From NCBI GenBank assembly GCA_963737175.1, contig CAVTRQ010000019.1:52521-116520 (forward strand): a stretch of 64,000 nt of DNA, in the 5' to 3' direction. The notes under the pieces were generated by a model. That model searched no databases, was not told where the DNA came from, and saw nothing but the letters and a program-made list of their open reading frames with translations. The position numbers and the translations under genes are program-made. How positions within the stretch are numbered: the first letter of the stretch is position 1; each line of letters begins with the position of its first letter. Shown piece after piece: positions 17,876 through 27,312 of this stretch. The DNA comes from an uncultured Acidobacteriota bacterium (GTDB taxonomy: Bacteria; Acidobacteriota; Terriglobia; Terriglobales; Acidobacteriaceae).

Positions 17876-19161
17876 CCCTCGACACTCCTCGGAACCAATA
17901 CGTGAATGTCATGCAGCGGCAGCAAGATCATCATGGTCACCGCGACGCAGGCTTCCGTGATGAGAACGGAAGCCCCAGCTCCCTGCGCGCCGAAGAGGTG
18001 AATCAACGGGATTCCAAGCACAATGTTCAGCACGCCCGAAGCCAGAAGAATGCGGCTGAACTGCCGGTCGAGTCCGAAGGTCAGCATGGTCTGTATGCCC
18101 AGCACGTTGCTGATCGCAATAAGGAATGGCAGCAGCGCAATCCAGCGCATGACGGGCACACTGCCGGCGGCCGTAGCGCCGAAACAAAGTTTCGCGATTG
18201 GCCTGGCAAGGGCAAACATCGCAACAGACGACAAAAAGGTGATTCCACCCATCCAGCGGAGAGTCTTCGAAATCAGATTCAGCGCCGCATCGCGCGAGCG
18301 AATCGCGAGCGAATTGATATGCGGGAAAACCGCCTGCGTGATGGGACCGATCAACCCGGTCATGGCGCGAATCAGTTTCTCCGCCGCGCTAAAATATCCA
18401 GCTTCCACGTTCCCTGCAAGCAGTCCCACCAGAACCATGTTCGTGTTGGTGTAAAGGCTCACCGCTGCCGTCGAGATAAATAGGTGCCACCCTTCGCAGA
18501 GCGTTTCACGAAGCGAGGCCCAGTCCGGCACTTCAAATCTCAGGCCTATGTGGCGCAGCGCCATGGAGATCCCCATAAGGCCGGCCAGCAATGCTCCGCA
18601 GGACTGAATCACAACGGCCAGCAGACCGTCGCCCGGGCCATGCACAAAGACGAAAAGCAACCCAGCGGAAATGAGCTTAGCGACTCCAGTGAATGCCGAG
18701 ATGTAACGCATCTTCTCAACTCCCTGGAAGTACCATTGCGGAAACAGAACATTGCCCACCACCGTCAGGAACGCAAATAAAAAATACGCTCCGTCGTGCC
18801 GAAACCGGGGAATCGTGAACACAATGGCAAACAGAAGCGCCAAGCCGACCAGCATCAACGCCGACTTTAGGATGAGAACCTGCCAGAACATGCTTCTCAC
18901 CTGGGCCAGGTTTGCGCGATTCTGTGCCACGTAGCGCGTCGCCGAGAGATTGAATCCGTAATCGCTCAGGATCGTGAAGTACTGGGCAAATGCCTGGCTG
19001 AAAGCGACCAAGCCGTACACCTCCATGCCCAGCACTCTTACCAGGTACGGCAGCACCGCCATCGGGATGATGTAGTTCAAACCCTGTAGCAGGTAGAGCG
19101 ACACAATGTTGTCGAGCAGCCGTCCCCTACTCTGTTTGTGTTCTGCCGTGGCTTCCGTCAT
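17872..19161 (-). CDS. wzx: Wzx-type polysaccharide flippase (MOP superfamily)
   Basis: 429-aa polytopic membrane protein. The N-terminus 'LLDNIVSLYLLQGLNYIIPMAVLPYLVRVLGMEVYG' is typical of Wzx/RfbX. ATGA overlap with the glf start. Confidence 0.8.
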   Translation of the reverse strand: MTEATAEHKQSRGRLLDNIVSLYLLQGLNYIIPMAVLPYLVRVLGMEVYGLVAFSQAFAQYFTILSDYGFNLSATRYVAQNRANLAQVRSMFWQVLILKSALMLVGLALLFAIVFTIPRFRHDGAYFLFAFLTVVGNVLFPQWYFQGVEKMRYISAFTGVAKLISAGLLFVFVHGPGDGLLAVVIQSCGALLAGLMGISMALRHIGLRFEVPDWASLRETLCEGWHLFISTAAVSLYTNTNMVLVGLLAGNVEAGYFSAAEKLIRAMTGLIGPITQAVFPHINSLAIRSRDAALNLISKTLRWMGGITFLSSVAMFALARPIAKLCFGATAAGSVPVMRWIALLPFLIAISNVLGIQTMLTFGLDRQFSRILLASGVLNIVLGIPLIHLFGAQGAGASVLITEACVAVTMMILLPLHDIHVLVPRSVEG

Positions 19162-19211
19162 CGCCTGATCCTAACTGCGGTCAACCCTGTGCCCTTGTAG
19201 GCAATGTCTGC

Positions 19212-20441
19212 TTACCCTAGCAACGCCGCTCGCAGGTCTGCGAGACGCTGGCGGTCGGTCGGGTTCTGGTTCATGCGCTCGTATCCTTCGGACATAGCGC
19301 TCCATCCGCAGGCCACAAAGAAGCCGAGCAGCGTCACCAGCACCACGATGATTGTGCGCGGGGGAAACGACTTCTTATCCGGAGCTACGGCCTCTTCGGC
19401 CACCTGGATCACCGGGCCCTCGCGCGCCTCATCCAGTTTGGCCATTTCAAACTGCTTGGCGATCAGTTCGTAAATGGTCTCGTGATACTTCACGTCGCGC
19501 AGTTTGCGTAGGTACTCCATCCCGGCCGCGGGAACCCTGCCCTTGGGCACGATCAAGTCCGATCCTGATTCCGGCTCCGCACCGCCCAGCTTTGAGAGCT
19601 GAGCTTTGAGCGCGGCAACTTGCTCCTTCACCATCATCAGTTCCGGATTGTCGTCCGTGGCATAGGAGCGCATGGCCTGAAGCTGAACCTCTTTTGCTAC
19701 CAATTGCCCACGTAGAACTGCGGCGGTCTCGATCAGCGCTTTCGCCTGGCTATCGATTTGGAGAACGCCCGTGGTTTGTTCGGTGGTCTTCATGGCCTCC
19801 TCGGCCGTGGTGAGGTTTCCCATTGCCTCAAGCAATTGCTGCTGGAAGAACAGGCGGCGCTGCGATGCCTCGCTGATTGCCAGGTTGGCGGAGAGCTTGC
19901 GGAACTCTTCGACATATCCATTGGCAATCGCAGCAGCTAGCTTTGGGTCGCGATCTTCCACGCTGATGCGGATTAATCCGTCCTTCGCGCCCAGAAGCAC
20001 AGTCGAGCGATTCTCGAATGCCTTCCGCGTATCGAACATTGTTTTCTTGCGATACCGGGCCTGAAGCCGGAAACGCTGAATCACAGCGTCTTCTACGCCC
20101 CGGCTGCGGAAGAGCGAAACATACATTTCGCCAGTATTCTTGATGCCGAGACTGCCACCCGCAAGGGAGGCCAGGGCGCCGGAGGATCCGCCAAGCTGGC
20201 TCAGCAGGGCGGAACTCATGGAGGAGGATTGGCTAGGCGGCAGAACGATCGCCGCCGCCGTGTACTTGTTCGGTATCAGCAAGGAAACGATCGCCGCCAG
20301 CACTGCGGTACCCAGGGTGAAGCGCAGAATGAAGCGCTTGTGGCGGGCCAGAAGAAGCAGGAAGTCGAGAGCCGCGAACTCGCTCTCCGCCCCTGGCGAA
20401 GAGGAGTCCTGCGCCCGATCGATGGTTTCCGTGTGGATCAT
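19212..20441 (-). CDS. Polysaccharide co-polymerase (Wzz/GumC-like chain-length determinant) without kinase domain
   Basis: N-terminal TM plus 'PNKYTAAAIVLPP'. It has a long coiled-coil-like periplasmic region and a C-terminal TM 'IIVVLVTLLGFFVACGW'. No Walker motifs are present. Confidence 0.75.
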   Translation of the reverse strand: MIHTETIDRAQDSSSPGAESEFAALDFLLLLARHKRFILRFTLGTAVLAAIVSLLIPNKYTAAAIVLPPSQSSSMSSALLSQLGGSSGALASLAGGSLGIKNTGEMYVSLFRSRGVEDAVIQRFRLQARYRKKTMFDTRKAFENRSTVLLGAKDGLIRISVEDRDPKLAAAIANGYVEEFRKLSANLAISEASQRRLFFQQQLLEAMGNLTTAEEAMKTTEQTTGVLQIDSQAKALIETAAVLRGQLVAKEVQLQAMRSYATDDNPELMMVKEQVAALKAQLSKLGGAEPESGSDLIVPKGRVPAAGMEYLRKLRDVKYHETIYELIAKQFEMAKLDEAREGPVIQVAEEAVAPDKKSFPPRTIIVVLVTLLGFFVACGWSAMSEGYERMNQNPTDRQRLADLRAALLG

Positions 20442-20451
20442 GCTTCCGCTC

Positions 20452-23109
20452 CTACTTAATTACAGCCAGCGCCGCGCCCGTCAAGGCCAATTGCGAGGTG
20501 ATCTGGGTCCAATCTTTCAGACCGCGAATGAGGTTTCCGGTTTCAATTTTACTTGGAACCACAATCTGGTCGCCTGGATACAGGTGCATCGCGTCAAACT
20601 TGTCGCCGGCAATTAAGCCATTGACCGAAGTTTTGGCCAGTACGGTACCGTCGGCATGGATCACGAAGGCGTGGCGTATATCTGCATTGGGCTTGCCCTT
20701 ACCCGCCAGATTCAAGTACTCGCCCACTCTGTTCCGCGGGTTGAAAACAAACGATGCTGGGTTATACACCATGCCCGACACGGAAACCGTCGCCGTACGA
20801 TGCGGCATCACGACGCGATCGTTATCCTCCACGGGGATTGCCGGATAGTCGGTGATGGAGTTTGCGGTCGGCTTCAGGTCAAGCACGACGCGCCCGGTCG
20901 CCTTCATATTTCGCAGTTGCGAGATCAGCGACTCCTGTGCAGCCTGGCGCGTGATAATCATCTGTGCGTCATCGGGATTGCTGCGCGTGGTAGCGGAAAC
21001 CTGTGCCTGCCGCATCTCCACCTCCAGGGCTCGCGTCAGCTCGTCGACGCTCTTCTGCTGCTCGATCCGCGCCGACTCGCGCGTCAACTGGGTACCGTAG
21101 ATAAATGCATCGGGAGTGACGCCACCGGCACGCTTCATGACGTCGGCGAGCAACTCACCATCTTCGATCTTGTAAACCCCAGCCCGCACCACTTCGCCTT
21201 CCAGGCTTATGAAGCGCGTCCGCATCTTCTCCGGCACCGAAACGTCGGTCTGCGAAAATACGGTTAGGATGTCGCCCGCCTGGAGTTCGAGATTGTCGGC
21301 CTCATCGCCCTCCAGTACCGCTTTTCCCAGATCAAAAGAGAGCAGCTTGGTGGAAAGATCCACGGGGTTCACGCGCTGAATAATCGCGTAGCTCCAGTTG
21401 ATCTCAGGGGAAGCGCGATGCAAATCCCGTGTCAGAATTTCGCTCTTGGGAATAACGCGTCCAATTTGGGGGGAAACATTCTTGCTCTGCTGTGTTTCGC
21501 GCGACGAGTTCGGCTGTCTGCTTTCCATATCCGTCGTAGCATCGCGTTCAGTACTACTGTCGCGCTCAGTACTACTATCGCGTTCGGTATCATCGCGCTG
21601 GGTATCGTCGGGCGCATTGACGTCGCGGGAATTCATGTCGCGGCCAGTAACATCGCTCGTGCTCTGGTCGCGGGTGGTGTAATCGCAGTTCGTCATGTCG
21701 CGGCTGCTCAGGCCGCTCGTGTTCGTGCTCCTGGCGTTGATTTCACATTCCCGGCGCTTGGTGCGGATGGGATACTCCGTGCTCCGGCCGTCGGTCATGG
21801 CGGCGCGAGCCAGCCAATAATGGCGCGTGAGCAATGCCTGCGCGTCCGGAATCAGATCGCGCACTCTCATGCCTACCTTCCAAGGGTAGCGTCCAGGGTT
21901 CACGACGTTGCCGCGCAGCGTGACCGTACTGGTGAATCGTGGAACAACGGAAAACACGCGCACGATGTCGCCATCGTGCAGCGCCAAGGCGCGCGACTCC
22001 GTATCCAGAGGAAACTCCAGCACCGAGCGAAACTGATGATCACCGATGCGCTCCACCGTCACCTTGTTCGAGTCAGCCACGGTGCTCAGTCCGCCTGCGA
22101 TTTCGATAAGATCTGTCAGCGGCGAATCTGGTTTCACTTCGTAGATCGCCGGTACGTTCACCGAGCCGGCGACTGCAACCAGCGGCCCCACGGGAGGAAA
22201 GCTCAGCACATCACCGGAGCGCAGACGGACGTCGTGCGACTTATCGCCCTTCACCAGAAGCTCATAAAAATCCAGGTGTGCAATGGTCTTGCCGTCGCGC
22301 TGCAACTGCACATCGCGCAATGAGCCCTGGGGCGTGGGACCGGCGGAGGCGAACACCGCATTGACCATCGTGCTCAGTGAACTGATGGTGTAGGTGCCCG
22401 GATAGCGCGCCTGGCCCACAACGTAAACCTGAATCGAGCGAATCTTTCCGACATTTACGGTGAGATCGAAATTGCGGAAGGTTTTCAGGATCTCGTTCTT
22501 CAAGTGCTGATCGAGATTGCTATAGTGAATCCCGGCAACCGGGATCTGTCCGACCCGTGGAATGTAAATTTGTCCGCTGCGATCAACAACCACACGCAGG
22601 TCGGCATTGATCTGACCCCAGATGCGGATTTGCAACTCATCATCCGGTCCCAGCACGTAATCCCCCGGAACCTGGATGTGGTCGGTAGGAGCGAATGTGC
22701 TCGGCGGCTGGTCAAAAAGCGACTGGCCGAAAACGGGCAGCGGGCGTCCAACCGTGTCCGCTACCAATTGCTCGAACTCGGTCTTCGGCCGCGGCGGCAC
22801 TTCAACTTTCCTGCGTTGCGACGGATTGAGGGGAGTAATGATTGCCCGCTCCGTGCCCTCCGCACGTCCGGAGGTTAGCTGCGGTGATTGCATCGGCGCG
22901 GATTCCTGCTGCTGCCGCGACGGCATTGCGTTGCCTTCCCCCTCGGCGCAGCCCGCCGGTAGCGGTTGGCCACCATTGGCCGCCGCCGAACACTCGTCCT
23001 GCGAAGGCCGCGTGCTCTGGGTTGAGTCCTGTGCCAGAGAGAAGCCTGCCAGAGCCACGGTTAACAGCAGCGAAAGATAAACCGGTCTCATGAATTTATC
23101 CACGTACAT
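20452..23109 (-). CDS. wza: Large Wza/KpsD-like outer-membrane polysaccharide export protein with multiple SLBB domains
   Basis: Signal peptide 'YLSLLLTVALAGFSLAQ'. Poly_export-type 'PGDYVLGPDDELQIRIWGQ'. Repeated SLBB-like 'G.V..PG.Y' units. It contains an atypical Arg/Asp/Ser/Thr-rich insert (aa ~440-555). Confidence 0.8.
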   Translation of the reverse strand: MYVDKFMRPVYLSLLLTVALAGFSLAQDSTQSTRPSQDECSAAANGGQPLPAGCAEGEGNAMPSRQQQESAPMQSPQLTSGRAEGTERAIITPLNPSQRRKVEVPPRPKTEFEQLVADTVGRPLPVFGQSLFDQPPSTFAPTDHIQVPGDYVLGPDDELQIRIWGQINADLRVVVDRSGQIYIPRVGQIPVAGIHYSNLDQHLKNEILKTFRNFDLTVNVGKIRSIQVYVVGQARYPGTYTISSLSTMVNAVFASAGPTPQGSLRDVQLQRDGKTIAHLDFYELLVKGDKSHDVRLRSGDVLSFPPVGPLVAVAGSVNVPAIYEVKPDSPLTDLIEIAGGLSTVADSNKVTVERIGDHQFRSVLEFPLDTESRALALHDGDIVRVFSVVPRFTSTVTLRGNVVNPGRYPWKVGMRVRDLIPDAQALLTRHYWLARAAMTDGRSTEYPIRTKRRECEINARSTNTSGLSSRDMTNCDYTTRDQSTSDVTGRDMNSRDVNAPDDTQRDDTERDSSTERDSSTERDATTDMESRQPNSSRETQQSKNVSPQIGRVIPKSEILTRDLHRASPEINWSYAIIQRVNPVDLSTKLLSFDLGKAVLEGDEADNLELQAGDILTVFSQTDVSVPEKMRTRFISLEGEVVRAGVYKIEDGELLADVMKRAGGVTPDAFIYGTQLTRESARIEQQKSVDELTRALEVEMRQAQVSATTRSNPDDAQMIITRQAAQESLISQLRNMKATGRVVLDLKPTANSITDYPAIPVEDNDRVVMPHRTATVSVSGMVYNPASFVFNPRNRVGEYLNLAGKGKPNADIRHAFVIHADGTVLAKTSVNGLIAGDKFDAMHLYPGDQIVVPSKIETGNLIRGLKDWTQITSQLALTGAALAVIK
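21541..21594. repeat. Three tandem 18-bp units inside the exporter gene (encode SSTERD/DDTERD hexapeptides)
   Basis: atcgcgttcagtactact / gtcgcgctcagtactact / atcgcgttcggtatcatc, read directly. Confidence 0.85.
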
Positions 23110-23241
23110 GACTGTCCGTTCGAGTCTGAATTCATTGCGAGTTCCATCATTGTCTCACCAAAGAAGAATGCTTCCATTGTTGCACGTCATGCCAGGCCAG
23201 TGCCCTGTACCGCGCCCCTCAAACACTTTGATCCGAACCGT

Positions 23242-24137
23242 CTAACTCATTCGCGCGCATGGATTTCGCCAATCACTTCGGCGAGTCCCGACTGCCAGCT
23301 CTCCTAGCCTGAATCCAAACGTGCGCTCAAACTTGCAGTTGCATAGAACCGAGTTCAGCGGACGGCGCGCTGGCGTCGGATACTCGCTGGAACTGATAGC
23401 CAGAATCCGTTGCAACCGGAACGTCTCGCGCTCGCCCAGAGCCGCGACGATGGCCCGCGCAAATCCGCACCAGGAGACGCTGCCTCCCGCCGTCATGTGA
23501 TACAGGCCCGCCGGGAATGCGTCCTCGCGCAACCGTCGCGTACCGCCGCACCAGCCTTGCCGTGGCTTGCGCAATCGTCCATCGAGCTGGTAGGTCCGCC
23601 CATCTGGTCGTCCACAATCTTCAGCTCTTCCCGCTCACGCGCCAGGCGCCGGATCGTCAGCAGAAAGTTGTTTCCATTCGCGCCATAGACCCAGCTCGTG
23701 CGCAGCACCAGATAGCGTCCTCCGGCTGCGGCCACCGCGCGTTCTCCCGCCAGTTTGCTGGCGCCATAAACATTCAGCGGCGCGGGCTCATCGTCTTCCG
23801 TGTAAGCTCCCGGCTTGCCGCCGTCGAAAACATAGTCGGTGGAGTAGTGTACGAACATCGCACCCGACTTTCGCGCCTCTTCCGCCAGCGTTCCCGCGGC
23901 GGTGCAGTTGATGGCGTAAGCCAGTTCGCTTTGCGCTTCGGCGTCATTCACCGCGGTATAGGCAGCCGGGTTCACGATCACCGATGGCCGCACCTCGGCC
24001 ACCAGTTTCCGGATCGCATCCGCCGAGGAGAGGTCGCATTCGGCACGGCTCACTGCGACCACCTCGCCCTGCTCCTGCAGCAGCGGAAGCAGATCCTTGC
24101 CCACCTGTCCGGTTGCGCCCGTCAGTAAAATTCGCAC
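23242..24137 (-). pseudogene. rmlD: dTDP-4-dehydrorhamnose reductase, reading frame broken at least twice in this sequence
   Basis: 'RILLTGATGQVG...YTAVNDAE...HYSTDYVFDG...YGASKLAGE...RTSWVYG' lies in one frame (ORF 23493..24830). 'GLYHMTAGGSVSWCGFARAI...EYPTPARRPLNSVL' lies in a second frame (23242..23574). The expected end 'WQSGLAEVIGEIHARE*' lies in a third frame. Confidence 0.75.
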
Positions 24138-24689
24138 GATGAAGATCCTATTCGAATACTTCGCCTGGCTCAACAAGATCCCGGCTCGATCCTTTTGAGA
24201 AAGCAACGGCTCACCACTCAGCGGCCAGGTTATGCCCAGTTGAGGATCGTTCCACAACAGCGAACGCTCGCAGGAAGGCGCATAGAAATCCGTGGCCTTG
24301 TACAGCACGTCCGCTGAGTCCGAGATCACGACAAAGCCGTGAGCAAATCCCTCCGGAATCCAGAACATCCTTTTGTTTTCCGCTGAGAGTTCCTCGGCAA
24401 CCCACTGCCCAAATGTTGGAGAGCTGCGGCGAAGATCGACCGCAACGTCCCAGATCGCACCCGCGACCACCCGAACCAGTTTGCCCTGCGGCTGCCCAAG
24501 CTGGTAGTGCAAGCCGCGCAGCACATTCCGCGCCGAGCGCGAGTGATTGTCCTGAACGAAATTCCGCCCCAGTCCAATCTCTTCAAAGCTCTTCTGGTTG
24601 TAGCTCTCCAGGAAGAATCCGCGGTCGTCGCCAAACACCTTCGGCTCAAGCACAACTACTTCGGGAATCTTTGTCTTCGTTAGCTTCAT
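24138..24689 (-). CDS. rmlC: dTDP-4-dehydrorhamnose 3,5-epimerase; no stop codon before rmlD in the sequence as given
   Basis: 'MKLTKTKIPEVVVLEPKVFGDDRGFFLESYN...LRGLHYQ...KLVRVVAGAIWDVAVDLR...FWIPEGFAHGF'. The start is taken at ATG 24689. It runs in frame into 'VRILLTGATG' of rmlD. Confidence 0.8.
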
Positions 24690-24702
24690 TTTATCACGGC
24701 AA

Positions 24703-27144
24703 TCATGGCAATTTATTGATGGAGCCTGAATTCGAGCCGACTCGCGCCTTCGGAAACAGATGGACCTCAAACGATGTAGAGACGTCGGAGCGTGTCCCCA
24801 CCGCCAGTAACGGAAAATTCCAGGTTTCATACTGGCTCGTAGCGGAGACCTCGATCCATGGCCGGACCAGCCACGTGATGCTCCCGGAAAAATCCTCCAG
24901 ATGCCCGCCTTCCAGATAAGACTTGTCCGTAACCGTCTTTCGATAGCTCACCGTAGCCTTGTTGCGAGCTGTAGAACCAGTAGGTACTCCGTCGCCACTC
25001 CGCCGCTCCCCTGCCTTCCAATCCAGCTGCCAAAGATCTGCCCGTAATTCGTGTACCCCTGGGGATAGTGCGCGTTCGAATAAAAGTAGGCTTGGTCCTT
25101 GAGTCCAGGCAGATTCGTATTGACTCCCTCCACACGCAAGTCCAGTTTCCGCATTCCCGGAATCTGCGGCAGATAGATGCCAGGGTCCATCCCATAACGC
25201 GAGATGAACTTTCCCTGTAAAGGGTCGTCATAGGAAAAACCCTCGCTGTAAAGAACCAGCCATTTTCGCAACCCCGGAATACGATAGGAGAAGTTAAACT
25301 CCGTCGTCCTCTTTCCAGGGTCGACCGCCTGGTTGTTGCCATAGCCTGAAAACGTGTGGAGGAACGTCTCAAGATTCAGCGGACGGCCATAGCCGGCAAA
25401 AATTGCCGTGTGCCCAACTCCAAGCTCGAGGTTTTCCGTGGGTTTCATCGAAAGGCTGATGCCCCATACATACGGTGGCGGGTTCAGCGGCTGGCCGGCT
25501 TCACCGTGAATGATAAACGTCGGCCCCAGGCGCTACGTAGTGCACTCCGCCCTCGCGTGCAAAGAATAGATCCCCGTGCACCGGGCCCAAGAGCGGCAGT
25601 TTCAGCGGCCTCACCCTGGCAAGGCGCAGCATCGGCATGGCCTCGGCATTGTTGGAGAGAATCATCGACGTGCTCCTGTCCGGTCCCCACCATAGGCTCT
25701 GCTGTCCGAAGCTGAATTGCCAGTCTGAGATGTTCAGCGAAGCGTAGGCTTCCACCGGGCGCACTCGACTGGTTGTCCCCAAAATGTTCCACCCAAAGGG
25801 CAACTCGTCTGAAGCCGCAATCGTCTGCTGTGCCGCCGCGTTGTAGGCCGGAATCGCCGATGCATACTGGTATTCGCCGCGCATGTAGAAGGCCAATGGT
25901 CCCGCCTCGGCGCGTTCGGAAATTCCCGCGATCGCGTTCGCGCCCTGGCCATAGGGACGCCCGTAGTCATCCACCAAGGTCTGCGCAAAGTGGTACGAAT
26001 CACGCAGCGGCGTTCCGGAGATTCCCGTAAAGCGCGCATATAGCTCTTCCACCTGTGCGCCAGCGTTCCTTCCGCCCTCCATCAAATTCGTCTCGTGCGC
26101 AAATTCCTCATCCAGCGCTGCGAGCAGTGGCCCGGCGATCTCACGATCATCATCCTCGCTGTTGGCGCCGTGGGCTTCCTGCAGCAGGCGCGCGCACTCC
26201 AGCCTCGTCCACGGACGTATCGTCGCCGAAGAGTCCGGTAAATATCCCATCGCCGCCAGCCGGTCGAAGGTGTCGTAAACCCAGCTGTCCAACGGAACGT
26301 AGTCGGAGCCCATCTCGCTAGTCGCGCGCACTTCCTCGCTGTTCTTGTCGCGTTCGAATTTGCCCCACTTGCGGACGTCGATCTCCGCGTCGCTGGAGCG
26401 GGCCCGATAAACCTGCCGCCCCACGTACCAGCCGAGCGCGCCACCGATCACGGTATCGCTCAGGAAATGGTCATGACTCTCGATTCGCGCCGCGCTCACT
26501 GCGCTGGCGAGGCCATAGCTCAAGAACTTAGTCATCGGCCCCGGGTACTCATGGGCGATCACGCTCGCAATCGCCCAGCTAATCGCCGAATGCTGCGAAG
26601 GAAAGGAGGTGCCCCCGCTGAAAAAGTTGCCTCGACCATCTCCCGTGAACGGGCGTTCGCGGCCCGCGATATGCTGAATCAAGGTGTTATCAAGGTAGGC
26701 GTCGATTGCGGCTTCACCGCTAAGAAATCCAGTCTCGCGCTGATGTTCATTCTTTGCGAACGTACCCCACAGATACATCCCGCCGCCCACTCCAGCCAGC
26801 GTGGCCAGCCCGGCATTCGAGAAGGTGGAAGCGTGTGAAATCGTCGAGGGATTCTTCGTGACGTGCCCTTCGACTGCCGTGTCGGAGGCAACCAAGCCAA
26901 CCGTCAGCATGGTTAGCGGCACCGCAACGGTCCACTGCCGCTCGCTCATCCGGAATGGCATTGTGAACAGCGCTTGCTGATCCTGCAGAATATTGCGGGG
27001 AAGAGATTTCAGAGCTACTCCGCGCGTCTCATCCGCGGGCTCAGCCGTCGCCTGCGTGCCGGTGCTAGCGACGGGCGGGGTAGATTGTGCCTGCGCGAAC
27101 AACGTGATTCCGGCAAACAACACGGTCGCAATCCAACTCCGCAC
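24703..27144 (-). pseudogene. wzi: PAP2 phosphatase domain fused to capsule-assembly Wzi-like beta-barrel; frame broken twice
   Basis: Signal peptide 'MRSWIATVLFAGITLFAQA'. PAP2 motifs 'GRERP', 'PSQH' and 'SRIESHDHFLSD'. Wzi-like 'LDSWVYDTFDRLAAMGYLP' and the barrel segments continue in ORFs 24948..25448 and 24703..24951, which are in other frames. Confidence 0.65.
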
Positions 27145-27312
27145 TCTGGGTCCCCCAAGAAAAAATTGAGCCCCAGAAGCCAGCGCCTACCTCGCAACCG
27201 CGAGGAAAACATTTCGTCCGGTGGGACGGAGCAGTCCCCACAGCTTCCGGATCACAGCAGCTTTTGCGACGTAATCTCAGTATACCCTGCGCACAACCAC
27301 GGAGCAGGCTGT

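Noticed and set aside
23180-23194. Sigma-54-like TGGCAT-N5-GCAA (minus strand) upstream of the exporter gene.
   Set aside because: The GG-to-GC spacing is 8 nt rather than the required 10, and the -12 element is poor.
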